A stretch of 55,781 bases of DNA, counting the filler, from an uncultured bacterium (lineage in GTDB: Bacteria; DYJV01): the NCBI GenBank assembly GCA_964543655.1. It is 6 parts of 5 records of this genome, joined end to end, with 100 filler letters (N's around TTAATTAATTAA, not from the genome) between each part and the next. Parts side by side here need not be neighbours in the genome. Positions count along the whole stretch, not along the records: positions 20,677 to 38,907 come from CAZIZE010000098.1; positions 39,008 to 42,912 come from CAZIZE010000099.1; 4 more parts are not named here. One strand, written 5' to 3'. The notes under the pieces were generated by a model, which was not told where the DNA came from, did no database searches, and saw nothing but the letters and a program-made list of their open reading frames with translations. The position numbers and the translations under genes were made by a program. Shown here piece after piece: positions 28,902 to 39,279 of this stretch (the first letter of the stretch is position 1; every line of letters starts with the position of its first letter).

Positions 28902-30617
28902 ATGAAAAGTCAATGGATTATTTATGAAGAGGATAAAAAACTACAAGACAGTATTGCGCGGGAATTTAAGATTAGCAGTATAACATCTCAGATTTTAATA
29001 AATAGAGGTTTAACAGATTCAGATGTTATTAAAAGATTTTTTAATATATCTTTACAATCATTAAGTTTCCCTTTATTGCTTAAAAATCTTGAGCAAGCTT
29101 GTGATAGGATAATATATGCACTTAAAAGAAAACAGAAAATTGTTATTTATGGGGACTATGATGTTGATGGTATTACCTCTGTTTCACTTTTATATAATTT
29201 TTTTAAAGCAATTGGTGCTGAAAACATTTCATTTTACATCCCTTCGAGACTGACAGAAGGATATGGTTTAAACATTGAAGCTATTAAAAGGTTTAAACAG
29301 GAAAATATTAAATTAATTATTACAGTTGATTGTGGTGTTAGCAATATTGCAGAGATTGAGTTTGCAAATTCATTGGGAATAGATGTAATAGTTACTGATC
29401 ACCATGAAGTGCCAGATGAAGTCCCGTCTGCTTTTGCAATAGTTGATCCTAAGCAAAAAGATTGTAATTTCCCATTTAAAGACCTTGCTGGTGTTGGAAT
29501 AGCATTTTACCTTTTAATAGGTCTTAGAATGAAATTGAGAGATTCCAATTTCTGGAAAAATAGAGAAGAGTTAAATTTGAAAAATTTTCTTGATTTAGTT
29601 GCTCTTGGAACAATTGCTGATATTTGTCCCTTGAAATTTGATAATAGAATATTGGTAAAATTTGGTCTTTCAGAGCTTGAGCGCTCCAGAAGAATGGGAG
29701 TAAAAGCGTTAAAACAGATTTGTGGAATTAGAGAGGGTCAGTTAAATTATTGGAGTGTTGGTTTCAGACTTGCACCAAGGATTAATGCAATAGGTCGTTT
29801 AGATAATGCCTCTCTTGGAGTCAATCTATTAACCACTGATAACTATTCCAATGCATTAAAAATAGCATCTTTACTTGAGCAGAATAATTTTGAAAGGCAG
29901 AAAATAGAGGAAAAGATATTAAAAGAAGCACTTAAAATAATAGAAAAAAGTAAAAACCTTAAAGATAAACATAGTATTGTTCTATATTCTGATAACTGGC
30001 ATGAAGGTGTTATTGGAATTGTGTCTTCACGACTCGTGGAGAAGTATTACAAACCAACTATTCTCATTAGTTTCAATGGTAATGAAGGCAAAGGTTCTGC
30101 AAGAAGTATAAAAGATTTTGATATTTATGAAGCGTTAAGCTTATGCTCAGAATTTTTGGAGAATTTTGGTGGCCATAAGTATGCTGCTGGTATTACTTTA
30201 AAAAAAGATAAATTACACGACTTTATAGAGGCTTTTGAAGATACTGTAAAGAAACTCACTCGAAAGGAAGATTTTTATAAAAAGGTTTACATTGATAAAA
30301 AGGTAAATTTTGATGAAATAGGTGATTCTCTTATTAGAGAATTTCAGATGTTAGAGCCTTTTGGGCCATCTAATATTGAACCTACACTTTTAACAGAGGA
30401 TGTTCTTGTAACATCTGTTAGAATTTTTGGGATTAATCATGTTAAGTTGACATTAGAGCAGGGTAGTAGCTCTTTTGAAGCACTTGCTTTTAATAGAATA
30501 AAAGATAATATTACCATAGGAGATTCTTTAAATGTGTCTTATTATCCTTATTCATATAAGGAAAATGGCAAAATGGATATAAAATTGAAAATTAAAGATA
30601 TAGAGAAATTATCATGA
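28902..30617 (+). CDS. recJ: ssDNA-specific exonuclease RecJ
   Basis: Motifs GDYDVDG, TVDCG, TDHH, PRINA, GSARS and GGH. Confidence 0.97.
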   Translation: MKSQWIIYEEDKKLQDSIAREFKISSITSQILINRGLTDSDVIKRFFNISLQSLSFPLLLKNLEQACDRIIYALKRKQKIVIYGDYDVDGITSVSLLYNFFKAIGAENISFYIPSRLTEGYGLNIEAIKRFKQENIKLIITVDCGVSNIAEIEFANSLGIDVIVTDHHEVPDEVPSAFAIVDPKQKDCNFPFKDLAGVGIAFYLLIGLRMKLRDSNFWKNREELNLKNFLDLVALGTIADICPLKFDNRILVKFGLSELERSRRMGVKALKQICGIREGQLNYWSVGFRLAPRINAIGRLDNASLGVNLLTTDNYSNALKIASLLEQNNFERQKIEEKILKEALKIIEKSKNLKDKHSIVLYSDNWHEGVIGIVSSRLVEKYYKPTILISFNGNEGKGSARSIKDFDIYEALSLCSEFLENFGGHKYAAGITLKKDKLHDFIEAFEDTVKKLTRKEDFYKKVYIDKKVNFDEIGDSLIREFQMLEPFGPSNIEPTLLTEDVLVTSVRIFGINHVKLTLEQGSSSFEALAFNRIKDNITIGDSLNVSYYPYSYKENGKMDIKLKIKDIEKLS

Positions 30618-32377
30618 CTCGCAAAATAAAATTATTACCAGAAAAAATTGTAAACAAAATAGCAGCAGGTGAAGTAGTTGAAAGACCTGCATCAGTGGTT
30701 AAAGAGCTTGTGGAAAATTCTATTGATGCAAATGCTGATAAAATTAAAATAGAAATTAAAAATGCTGGTAAAAAATTAATTAAAATTTCAGATAATGGAG
30801 TGGGATTAACTCGAGATGACCTTCTCCTTGCATTTGAAAGGCATGCTACAAGTAAAATTTCTGATATAGATGATCTCTATTGCATTAAAACTCTTGGTTT
30901 TCGTGGAGAAGCTCTACCAAGTATAGCATCTGTTAGCAAGGTAAGAGCCAAGACTAAAACTTCTTCTTGCAATGTTGGTTTTGAAATTTTTTTAGAAGGT
31001 GGAATAATTAAAAATGTTTCAGAGGTAGCAATTAACCCAGGATTTACAATAGAGGTGCGTGATATTTTTTTTAATGTACCTGCAAGGCTCAAATTTTTAA
31101 AAAAAACAGCCACTGAAAATGCTTATATTGAAAATGTTGTAAAAAGGTTTCTGTTATCTAATCCAGAAAAAGAGTTTACTTTTATTTCAAATAGTCGTAA
31201 TAAATTTTATCAAAAATGCAAAAGTATTCTTGAAAGAATAGAGCAGATTTACTCTGAAGAAATCTCATCTAATCTCATACCATTTACAGTTGAGGAAGAA
31301 GATTTTTACATTTCAGGATACCTATCTCCACCTGATATAACATCATCATATTCAAATGATATAAATATATTTTTAAATGGAAGATTTATCAGAGACAAAG
31401 TTATATATTTTGCAATAAAGGAAGCATACAAAGGTAAAATTTTTGAAAAGCGTTATCCATACATATTTTTGTTCATTAATATTGAGCCATCAAAGGTGGA
31501 TGTTAATGTGCATCCTGCAAAATTAGAAGTAAAATTTCATGATGAGAAGAAATTATTCAATATTATCAGGAACAATATAGAGACAGTTATTTCTCACTCC
31601 TCAAATTTTTTTATTCAAAGAAAAGAAGAAGAAAAGCCTTTTCAGTCATTTGATAAATTTAAAAATTTTATTAAATCTTCAATAGAAAAATACCGAGCAA
31701 AAGAGAATATAGATTTTCACATTCATAATGAAATGGAAGAGGAAGTAAATCTTGGGAAGTTTTTCTCTGATGATAATTATAGTTCAAATGCTCCTTTTTA
31801 TTCAAATCTTGATTACTTAGGGTATTTTCTTGACACTTTTTTGCTTTTTAAAAAAGGAGAGTCCCTCTACATTATAGACCAGCATGCTGCACATGAAAGG
31901 GTACAGCTTGAAAAGCTGAAAAATAATTTATCATCAGGTGATAAGAGCATTAAAAAGTTACTTATTCCAGAGATTTTAGAAATATTGGATAGAGAAAAAA
32001 AGATTTTATTAAAACATATTGAGCATATAAATAAGCTTGGGATTTTAATTGAAGAATTTGATGATAAAACACTTGTTTTAAAAGGAGTGCCAGTTATTCT
32101 TGAGCACATTGAACCTAAAGAGCTTATAGAGATTATAGTTAAAGAGTTAGAAACTAAAAATAGTTCCACTACAATAGATGAGATTAATGAAAGAGTGCTC
32201 TCATCAATAGCTTGTAAATCTGCTTTAAAAGCTGGCACAAAATTAGATGAAAAAAATATTTTCTTTTTATTAAAAGAGCTTGATGCAGTTCCCAATAATA
32301 GAACTTGCCCTCATGGTAGACCTATTTTAATTGAAATTAGCAAAAATGAAATATTCAAAAGATTTAAAAGAACATAA
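30614..32377 (+). CDS. mutL: DNA mismatch repair protein MutL (with endonuclease motif)
   Basis: Motifs IAAGEVVERP, GFRGEAL, DQHAAHER and CPHGRP. Confidence 0.97.
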   Translation: MTRKIKLLPEKIVNKIAAGEVVERPASVVKELVENSIDANADKIKIEIKNAGKKLIKISDNGVGLTRDDLLLAFERHATSKISDIDDLYCIKTLGFRGEALPSIASVSKVRAKTKTSSCNVGFEIFLEGGIIKNVSEVAINPGFTIEVRDIFFNVPARLKFLKKTATENAYIENVVKRFLLSNPEKEFTFISNSRNKFYQKCKSILERIEQIYSEEISSNLIPFTVEEEDFYISGYLSPPDITSSYSNDINIFLNGRFIRDKVIYFAIKEAYKGKIFEKRYPYIFLFINIEPSKVDVNVHPAKLEVKFHDEKKLFNIIRNNIETVISHSSNFFIQRKEEEKPFQSFDKFKNFIKSSIEKYRAKENIDFHIHNEMEEEVNLGKFFSDDNYSSNAPFYSNLDYLGYFLDTFLLFKKGESLYIIDQHAAHERVQLEKLKNNLSSGDKSIKKLLIPEILEILDREKKILLKHIEHINKLGILIEEFDDKTLVLKGVPVILEHIEPKELIEIIVKELETKNSSTTIDEINERVLSSIACKSALKAGTKLDEKNIFFLLKELDAVPNNRTCPHGRPILIEISKNEIFKRFKRT

Positions 32378-32833
32378 ATGAAGCAATCAATTTCAGAAAA
32401 AGTTCATATTTTAATAGCCACAGGATTTTACTCAGGTTATTCAAAGTTTATGCCTGGAACTATTGGAACATTGGCATCTGTTCCTTTTGCTCTTTTTATT
32501 AATTACTACTTCTCTCATGTTTTTATTCTTTTTTTTATTATAGCAGGGAGTATTTATTCATTTTTTATTTGCTATGATGTTGAAAGAATTTTTAATAAAA
32601 AAGACCCTTCTGAAATAGTAATAGATGAATGGCTTGGTTTCTTTATATCTGTGTTTATGCTTCCAATTAATTTTAAAAACTATCTAATAGCTTTTATTCT
32701 CTTCAGAATATTTGATATTGGAAAACCATTTCCTGTTAAAAGATTGGAGCAATTACCAAATGGTATAGGTGTGGTTGCAGATGATTTAATGGCAGGAATA
32801 TATACTTTTATTATTCTGAAGCTGTTCTTGTAG
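32378..32833 (+). CDS. pgpA: Phosphatidylglycerophosphatase A
   Basis: Motifs PGTIGT, DPSEIVIDE, FRIFDIGKP and DDLMAG. Confidence 0.94.
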   Translation: MKQSISEKVHILIATGFYSGYSKFMPGTIGTLASVPFALFINYYFSHVFILFFIIAGSIYSFFICYDVERIFNKKDPSEIVIDEWLGFFISVFMLPINFKNYLIAFILFRIFDIGKPFPVKRLEQLPNGIGVVADDLMAGIYTFIILKLFL

Positions 32834-33431
32834 AGAAGATTTTAGAATATTCAAATAGAGATAGATAACTCTGAAAATTTTTGATTCGGTAGTTGGTTTC
32901 AACAATTACACCCCATACAATATCCTGCATAAAGATATTTGCAAGTTTTCTATCAAATAAAATTTTTAATGAACAAGGAAAATCCTCATCTCCTTCCCAA
33001 AAAATATAAGCAATAAAAAAATCTTTTAATGGCTCAAGCAGGTATGAAGAATCACCCATTTGAAGCTTTTTTCCATTGAATATTTCCATTATTTTATTAA
33101 AAGTTTCTACATTTTTTACTCTGCTTAAAACTAATTCCTCTTTTAATGAATGAACTCCTCTAAAAAAGAACCCCCAATCTTTTCTAAATTCAACAGCTAC
33201 TAATTCATCAATGGCAATATTTTCTAATTTTTCTCTTTGCTTTTGATAATTAATGAGTATTGGATAAAAAGTTGTAGGGATATTTGAATGAAAATTTAGT
33301 GGTTCTATCTTTTTTTCCCCTGGATTAACAAGGTATTTCTCTTTTAAAAATTGAATTTCAAATGGAGAATTTAACCCATCCCATAGAGAATCATCAAGAG
33401 GAAAACCCTGGTTTAAATAAAAAATACTCAT
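32811..33431 (-). CDS. DUF3786-family protein (second copy)
   Basis: Motifs GFFFRGVH and FWEGDEDFP...ILFD. Confidence 0.7.
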   Translation of the reverse strand: MSIFYLNQGFPLDDSLWDGLNSPFEIQFLKEKYLVNPGEKKIEPLNFHSNIPTTFYPILINYQKQREKLENIAIDELVAVEFRKDWGFFFRGVHSLKEELVLSRVKNVETFNKIMEIFNGKKLQMGDSSYLLEPLKDFFIAYIFWEGDEDFPCSLKILFDRKLANIFMQDIVWGVIVETNYRIKNFQSYLSLFEYSKIFSTRTASE

Positions 33432-33835
33432 TTTAACACCATTAAATCAACAGAAGCATTTGCAACAATTTTTTTATTTTCTTTAAAAAAAACATCAACA
33501 TTAACAGTAATTCTCCGTGTGCCACAATATATAATTTTAGCAATTGCTCTTAATTTATCACCTAAATTAGCTGGTCTGAAAAATTTTATATTAAACCCTG
33601 ATGTTGTCAGCTTCATCCCTGAAGGTAATAGTTTGCCAGGGAAAAAAGCAATGGTATCAACTACTCCAGCAACAACACCACCATGTAACCCACCTATATA
33701 ATTTGCATGCTTTTTTAATACAACAAAATCACAAATTGCAGATTCTTCTGCAACATCTATTAAATTTATTTTTAATGTTTTAACAAATTCTATGTTATCA
33801 AAAATCTCTTTTGCTTTAAAAAAGTAGTTATTCAT
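33428..33835 (-). CDS. PaaI-family thioesterase
   Basis: Motif NYIGGLHGGVVAGVVD. Start moved to ATG 33835. Confidence 0.88.
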   Translation of the reverse strand: MNNYFFKAKEIFDNIEFVKTLKINLIDVAEESAICDFVVLKKHANYIGGLHGGVVAGVVDTIAFFPGKLLPSGMKLTTSGFNIKFFRPANLGDKLRAIAKIIYCGTRRITVNVDVFFKENKKIVANASVDLMVLK

Positions 33836-34106
33836 TTGCTGCTTTTGCTCCGCAACTATTTGTGCAAGATGAGCAGCTATTAGGGGTAGCAGTACTATTT
33901 TTATCATTTTTAGAACTACTGTTTTTCTTAGCATAGTCTGTTACATACCATCCTGAGCCTTTTAAATGAAAGGCAGATGGTGAAATTAGTTTTCTCATAA
34001 CAGCAGAGCATTTGGGACAAGTAATTTCAGGAGTTTCACTTATTTTATGCATTTTTTCAATAATAGTACCACACTCTGTACATTCATATTCATATATTGG
34101 CATCAT
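33828..34106 (-). CDS. FmdB-family zinc-ribbon protein
   Basis: MPIYEYECTECG...CPKC...LKGSGWYVTDY. Confidence 0.92.
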   Translation of the reverse strand: MMPIYEYECTECGTIIEKMHKISETPEITCPKCSAVMRKLISPSAFHLKGSGWYVTDYAKKNSSSKNDKNSTATPNSCSSCTNSCGAKAANE

Positions 34107-34393
34107 ACTCCTCCTAATATTTTTTCAAATTTGTTTTTTTCAATATCTTTAAAAAAAATTGCTTTATCTTTAGATTTTTCTCCACTAATAATTTCTATTT
34201 TTGATTTACTTAAATTTAGTAACTTTGAAAAAAATTTTTTAATCTCTTTATTTGCAGCACCATCAACTGGTGGAGAAGAAATTTTTATCTTTAATCTGCC
34301 ACTATATTCACCAATGATTTCAGACTTTTTTGCATTTGGCACTATATGCACATAGAGTATTATTCCACTCTCTTTTTCTTTGAGCCATTCCAT
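34103..34393 (-). CDS. DUF167 (YggU-like) protein
   Basis: Motifs VPNAKKSEI, SPPVDGAAN and GEKSK. Confidence 0.9.
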   Translation of the reverse strand: MEWLKEKESGIILYVHIVPNAKKSEIIGEYSGRLKIKISSPPVDGAANKEIKKFFSKLLNLSKSKIEIISGEKSKDKAIFFKDIEKNKFEKILGGV

Positions 34394-34562
34394 GCTACTG
34401 GTAAAATATATATTTTTTTATAATTGTCAAGAAATTTATTTTTGTTGTTGCTTTTTAAATTTTTTTAATATATTTAAAAAATCAATAATTTTAGACAGGT
34501 AATAAAAGTTCAAGGCTGAAAATTCATAATTAAAAATAAGAAAAATTATTTTAAGTGGAAAA

Positions 34563-36620
34563 TTGCATAATAAATTGCCCTTAATTAAACACTTCACAAA
34601 TATTTTAGATTTCAGGAAAAAAAGCTTCCATATACCAGAGCATACTTTTATGGTTATTGTTGCTGTTTTTATTGGTATATTAGGAGGCTTTGGTGCTGTA
34701 TTCTTCAGATATGCAATTAAATTTTTTCAAAAACTTTTTTTTGGTTCATTTCATTACAATCTCGATTATGTACTTTCACTTCCTTGGTATGTAAAACTAT
34801 TTGCTCCTGCACTTGGTGGATTAATTGTTGGGCCTATTGTTTATTTTTTTGCAAGAGAAGCTAAAGGTCATGGTGTACCTGAGGTAATGGAATCAATTGC
34901 TTTAAAAGGTGGTACTATTAGACCAAGGGTTATGATTGCAAAAGTAATAGCATCAGCTGTTTGCATTGGCTCTGGTGGTTCAGTTGGTAGGGAAGGGCCA
35001 ATTGTCCAGATTGGGTCAGCTCTTGGCTCCACAATTGGACAATTTCTAAAAGTTACTGGTTCTCATTTGAGGACATTTGTAGCATGTGGCGCTGCTGCTG
35101 GTATTGCCGGAACTTTTAATGCGCCAATTGCAGGTGCGCTTTTTTCTATGGAAGTTATTCTTGGTGATTTTGGAATATCCCAATTTTCTCCAATTGTTGT
35201 TTCATCTGTTGCTTCTACTGTTGTTTCAAGGCATTTTCTTGGAAATTTTCCTGCTTTTGTGGTGCCAAAGTATGAGCTTTTATCAGTATATGAAATGATT
35301 CCATACACTATTCTTGGGTTTCTTGCTGCTTTTATTGCCCTCCTATTTATTAATGTTTTGTATAAATTTGAAGATTTTTTTGAAAAATTAAAATTCCCAG
35401 AAATGTTTCAGCCTGTTATAGGAGGACTAATTATTGGTTTTATAGGGCTTTATTTGCCACATATTTTTGGTGTTGGTTATGATACAATTACCCTTGCATT
35501 AACTGGTAAATTAACCTGGTATTTTTTGCTACTATTAATATTTATGAAGCTTTTAGCTACTTCTATTACAATAGGCTCTGGTGGTTCAGGTGGTGTTTTT
35601 GCCCCATCGCTTTTTATTGGTGCAAATTTAGGTGGTTTTGTTGGGACTATTTTTCATGACCTCTTTCCAAATGTAATTGCTTCCCCTGGGGCGTATGCAC
35701 TTGTTGGAATGGGTGCGGTTGCTGCTGGTGCAATGCATGCTCCAATTACATCTATTGTTATAATTTTTGAATTAACCAACAATTATACTATTATATTACC
35801 GTTAATGATCTCTTGCATAATTAGTGTTTTAATTACAAGCAGATTGCAGAAAGATTCAATCTATACTTTAAAGCTTTCAAGAAGAGGAGTTGATCTTTTA
35901 AAAGGCCAGGAATTAAATATTTTAAAATCATTAAAAGTTTCTCAAGTATTAAGTAAAAAATTTGTTAAAATTTATGCTAATACAACATTGAAAAATCTTG
36001 TTGAATTAATAGTTTCCACTCCAAATCATAATTTTTTTGTTGTGGATAATGATGATAAAATTATTGGTGTAATTTCCATTGATGAACTTAGAAATGTGTT
36101 AAATGATCTTGAAAACCTTGAACCACTATTAGTTGCATATGATATAATGACACCATTAAACAGATTTTTTTATGAAGAAGATACCCTTGATATAGTTATG
36201 AAAGCCTTTGAACAGTTAAATATTGATGAGATACCTGTGGTAAATAAAGAGAGCAGAATAATAGGCACAGTGTCTAAAAATGACGTTATTAATGCATATA
36301 ATCAGGAAGTGTTTAAAAGAGATACTCTTAATCAGTTTTCATCCTATATAAATTCTCTTGACAAATTTAAAGAAATTCAATTAATGCCAGGACAATTTTT
36401 AGCTGAACTTGAAGCTCCTTCCAAATTTATTGGGCACAGTATAAGAGAATTAAATGTAGCAAACAGGTATAATGTTGAAATTGTTTTAATTAAAAGAAAG
36501 GCTGGGGAAAATTATTCAATAATTGTTCCAAATGCAAATTTTATTTTTGAAAAGGAGGATGTTATTATTGTTATTGGAAGCAAGAAAGATATTGATAAAT
36601 TAAAAGGTTATCTACTTTAA
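34563..36620 (+). CDS. ClC chloride channel/antiporter with CBS pair and C-terminal TrkA_C (RCK_C) domain
   Basis: Motifs GHGVPE, GREGP, FNAP and GGVFAP, then CBS repeats and FIGHSIRELNV...FEKEDVIIVIG. Confidence 0.93.
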   Translation: MHNKLPLIKHFTNILDFRKKSFHIPEHTFMVIVAVFIGILGGFGAVFFRYAIKFFQKLFFGSFHYNLDYVLSLPWYVKLFAPALGGLIVGPIVYFFAREAKGHGVPEVMESIALKGGTIRPRVMIAKVIASAVCIGSGGSVGREGPIVQIGSALGSTIGQFLKVTGSHLRTFVACGAAAGIAGTFNAPIAGALFSMEVILGDFGISQFSPIVVSSVASTVVSRHFLGNFPAFVVPKYELLSVYEMIPYTILGFLAAFIALLFINVLYKFEDFFEKLKFPEMFQPVIGGLIIGFIGLYLPHIFGVGYDTITLALTGKLTWYFLLLLIFMKLLATSITIGSGGSGGVFAPSLFIGANLGGFVGTIFHDLFPNVIASPGAYALVGMGAVAAGAMHAPITSIVIIFELTNNYTIILPLMISCIISVLITSRLQKDSIYTLKLSRRGVDLLKGQELNILKSLKVSQVLSKKFVKIYANTTLKNLVELIVSTPNHNFFVVDNDDKIIGVISIDELRNVLNDLENLEPLLVAYDIMTPLNRFFYEEDTLDIVMKAFEQLNIDEIPVVNKESRIIGTVSKNDVINAYNQEVFKRDTLNQFSSYINSLDKFKEIQLMPGQFLAELEAPSKFIGHSIRELNVANRYNVEIVLIKRKAGENYSIIVPNANFIFEKEDVIIVIGSKKDIDKLKGYLL

Positions 36621-36669
36621 AATAAAATAGAACCTTGAAAAAAATGAAATGTTAAGTTATAAATGTGTT

Positions 36670-37194
36670 ATGAAATATAGAAATATTTTAAAATTTTTTA
36701 TTTTTTTTATTATTCTTTTATCTTTTTTTACCTGTTCAAGAAAGGAAAAGTTTAAAGAAACCAATAAAAAGCGGACAGAGGTCAGAACAGAAAGAGCAAA
36801 GTATATAAAAATATACAATGTAAATTATACTGTAAAAAAAGGACAGAAATATTATTGGCTTACAGTAACTTTTTATGCAAATAACTCTTCAGATAAAACT
36901 ATCTACTGGTTTAAAGTATTGGTAAATGTTTTTAGCAAAGGACGGCTAACTCATTCCATTGTGTACACACCAAACTACTATAAAGGTAAAAACACAAATA
37001 TTAAATATTACCATACTCTTGCACCAGATCAAACAGGTCAATTTAAGATTATATTAGGTAGCAGCTATAAAATTAAGGAAAAGCCAGATTATGTTAAAGT
37101 TGTGACATTTGATGCAGGTGATAATCTTGATATTTTCAAAAATATAAGAGTAAATCCAGATAAATATTTTATTCCATATACTCCTGGAGATTAA
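36670..37194 (+). CDS. Hypothetical exported protein or lipoprotein
   Basis: Hydrophobic N-terminus ending FFTC, followed by a beta-rich body. Confidence 0.65.
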   Translation: MKYRNILKFFIFFIILLSFFTCSRKEKFKETNKKRTEVRTERAKYIKIYNVNYTVKKGQKYYWLTVTFYANNSSDKTIYWFKVLVNVFSKGRLTHSIVYTPNYYKGKNTNIKYYHTLAPDQTGQFKIILGSSYKIKEKPDYVKVVTFDAGDNLDIFKNIRVNPDKYFIPYTPGD

Positions 37195-37196
37195 AG

Positions 37197-38450
37197 TTGC
37201 TTTTTGAAAAACCACTTTATGAAATTCTTAGACCTACCAATTTTAAAGATTTTGCTGGGCATGAAAAAATTATATTAAACTTGCAAAAACCATTAAATCT
37301 TATTTTATGGGGACCTCCTGGAGTAGGCAAAACCACCCTTGCATATATACTCGCCACAAAATGGGGAAAGCCTTTTTATCAATTATCAGCAGTTTTAAGT
37401 GGAAAAAAGGATGTTAAAGAGATTATAGAAAAAATTGAGAACAGTGGTAAACAATCGATTATTTTTATTGATGAAATCCATGCTTTTAACAAATCTCAGC
37501 AAAATATTTTTCTGAAACATATAGAATCAGGTTTAATTATACTCATTGGTGCAACCACAGAAAATCCATCTTTTGAAATTATTTCTCCACTTCTTTCAAG
37601 AACAAAGTTAATAGTATTAGAAAAATTAACCTTTGAAAACCTTGGTAAAATATTTGATAATGCATTAACTTTTTTAAAAGAGAGGGGTTTTTCAATAGAG
37701 TTTTACAAAGAGTTTAAAGAGCATATAATAATGTTTAGTAATGGTGATGCAAGGGTTTTATTAAACACTTTTGAGCAGGTATTGAGCCTATTTGATTCAA
37801 AAACAATTTACATTAATAAAGATGATTTTTTTAAAAGCACAGGAAAGAGGACAATTGTTTATGACAAAAAATATGAAGAGCATTATAATTTATTGTCAGC
37901 TTTTCATAAAAGTTTAAGGGGTAGTGATGCTGATGCTGCTCTTTACTGGGCATTTAGAATGCTTGATGCAGGAGAGGAGCCACGGAGTATTTTTAGAAGA
38001 CTTATAGCATGTGCAAGTGAGGATATTGGTAATGCAGATCCACAGGCACTAATTATTGCAGTTAATAGCTGGCAGGCTTTTGAATTTCTTGGAAGGCCAG
38101 AAGGAGACCTTCCCCTATCACAGGCTATTATCTATATTGCCACGGCTCCAAAAAGTAACAGTGTGTATAAAGCATTAAATAGTGTTAAAACAGAAATTAA
38201 ACGTAGTGGATATGAGCCAGTGCCAATGCACTTGAGAAATGCTGTAAATTCATTTATGAAAAAGCTATATTATGGCAAAGATTATAAATACCCTCACGAT
38301 TATCCATATGCAATTGTGGATCAAACCTACCTACCAGAAACTATTCAAAATAAAAATTTCTATTCACCAAAAGAAGTTGGTTTTGAAAGAGAGATAAAAA
38401 AAAGAATAGAATGGATAAAAAAGAGAAAGAAAACAGGTAGTAACAGATAA
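37197..38450 (+). CDS. rarA: Replication-associated recombination protein A (MgsA/RarA)
   Basis: Motifs GPPGVGKTT, DEIH, ATTENP, HKSLRGSD, SEDIGNADP and PMHLRNA. Confidence 0.95.
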   Translation: MLFEKPLYEILRPTNFKDFAGHEKIILNLQKPLNLILWGPPGVGKTTLAYILATKWGKPFYQLSAVLSGKKDVKEIIEKIENSGKQSIIFIDEIHAFNKSQQNIFLKHIESGLIILIGATTENPSFEIISPLLSRTKLIVLEKLTFENLGKIFDNALTFLKERGFSIEFYKEFKEHIIMFSNGDARVLLNTFEQVLSLFDSKTIYINKDDFFKSTGKRTIVYDKKYEEHYNLLSAFHKSLRGSDADAALYWAFRMLDAGEEPRSIFRRLIACASEDIGNADPQALIIAVNSWQAFEFLGRPEGDLPLSQAIIYIATAPKSNSVYKALNSVKTEIKRSGYEPVPMHLRNAVNSFMKKLYYGKDYKYPHDYPYAIVDQTYLPETIQNKNFYSPKEVGFEREIKKRIEWIKKRKKTGSNR

Positions 38451-38509
38451 AATAGAGTTTTTCAAATTTGTCCTTTCATAAAAAATCTTAAAATCATCAA
38501 TAAAAAGAT

Positions 38510-38536
38510 TAAAGTTTTTTTTAAAACAGCCGAATA
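38510..38536 (+). promoter_or_regulatory. Sigma-28 (FliA) promoter of flagellin
   Basis: TAAA-N15-GCCGAATA, 47 nt upstream of the flagellin ATG. Confidence 0.85.
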
Positions 38537-38546
38537 GAAAAATAAA

Positions 38547-38578
38547 GCAAGGAAGCCAAAAAAATTAAACAAGGAGGA
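38547..38578 (+). promoter_or_regulatory. Candidate CsrA-binding sites in the flagellin leader
   Basis: GCAAGGAAGC and AAGGAGGA (the latter overlapping the SD). Confidence 0.55.
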
Positions 38579-38583
38579 TTAAA

Positions 38584-38907
38584 ATGGCTTTGGTAATTAA
38601 TCACAACTTAATGGCAATGAATGCCGCAAGGAATTTACAATTTTCTTACAATGCACTGGCAAAATCCACTCAGAGATTATCTTCTGGGTTAAGGATTAAC
38701 AGTGCAGCAGATGATGCTGCTGGATTGGCGATTAGAGAGCTTATGAGGTCTGATATAGCAGTATTGAATCAGGGAATTAGAAATGCTCAGGATGCTATTA
38801 GTATGATTCAAACTGCTGATGGTGCTCTCTCTGTTATTGATGAAAAGCTTATTAGAATGAAAGAGCTTGCTGAACAGGCTGCAACTGGTACCTATACTTC
38901 CACACAG
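38584..38907 (+). CDS. fliC: Flagellin (N-terminal part, truncated at contig end)
   Basis: Motifs RLSSGLRINSAADDAAGLAI and NAQDAISMIQTADGAL. Confidence 0.96.
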
Positions 38908-39007
38908 NNNNNNNNNNNNNNNNNNNNNNNNNNNNNNNNNNNNNNNNNNNNTTAATTAATTAANNNNNNNNNNNNNNNNNNNNNNNNNNNNNNNNNNNNN
39001 NNNNNNN
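38908..39007. other. Artificial contig linker
   Basis: N-TTAATTAATTAA-N. Confidence 0.98.
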
Positions 39008-39279
39008 TAATCCAATACTTCTGGCATCTTATACATACTTAGAAGTATAACCTTACAGTTGTATTTTTCAGCTATGGTGATACCTGCTTTAATTCCATCA
39101 ATATCTGGAAGGGATATATCCATTATAACTATGTCTGGTTTTACTACTTCTGCAAATTTAATAGCTTCCTTTCCAGATCCTGTTTCAAAAACAACATCAA
39201 ACTCCTTAGTATTTTTTAATTTATCAATAATTGCCTGTCTGAACATTGTGTGATCATCAACAACCATTATTTTAATCAT
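39008..39279 (-). CDS. Response regulator receiver domain (NarL-like, truncated)
   Basis: Motifs VVDDH, PDIVIMDISLP and ILLSM. Overlaps the kinase stop. Confidence 0.9.

Noticed and set aside
35354-35365. GTTTTGTATAA inside the ClC gene as another MITE end
   Set aside because: It is an isolated short AT-rich match inside an intact ORF, with no core or partner TIR.
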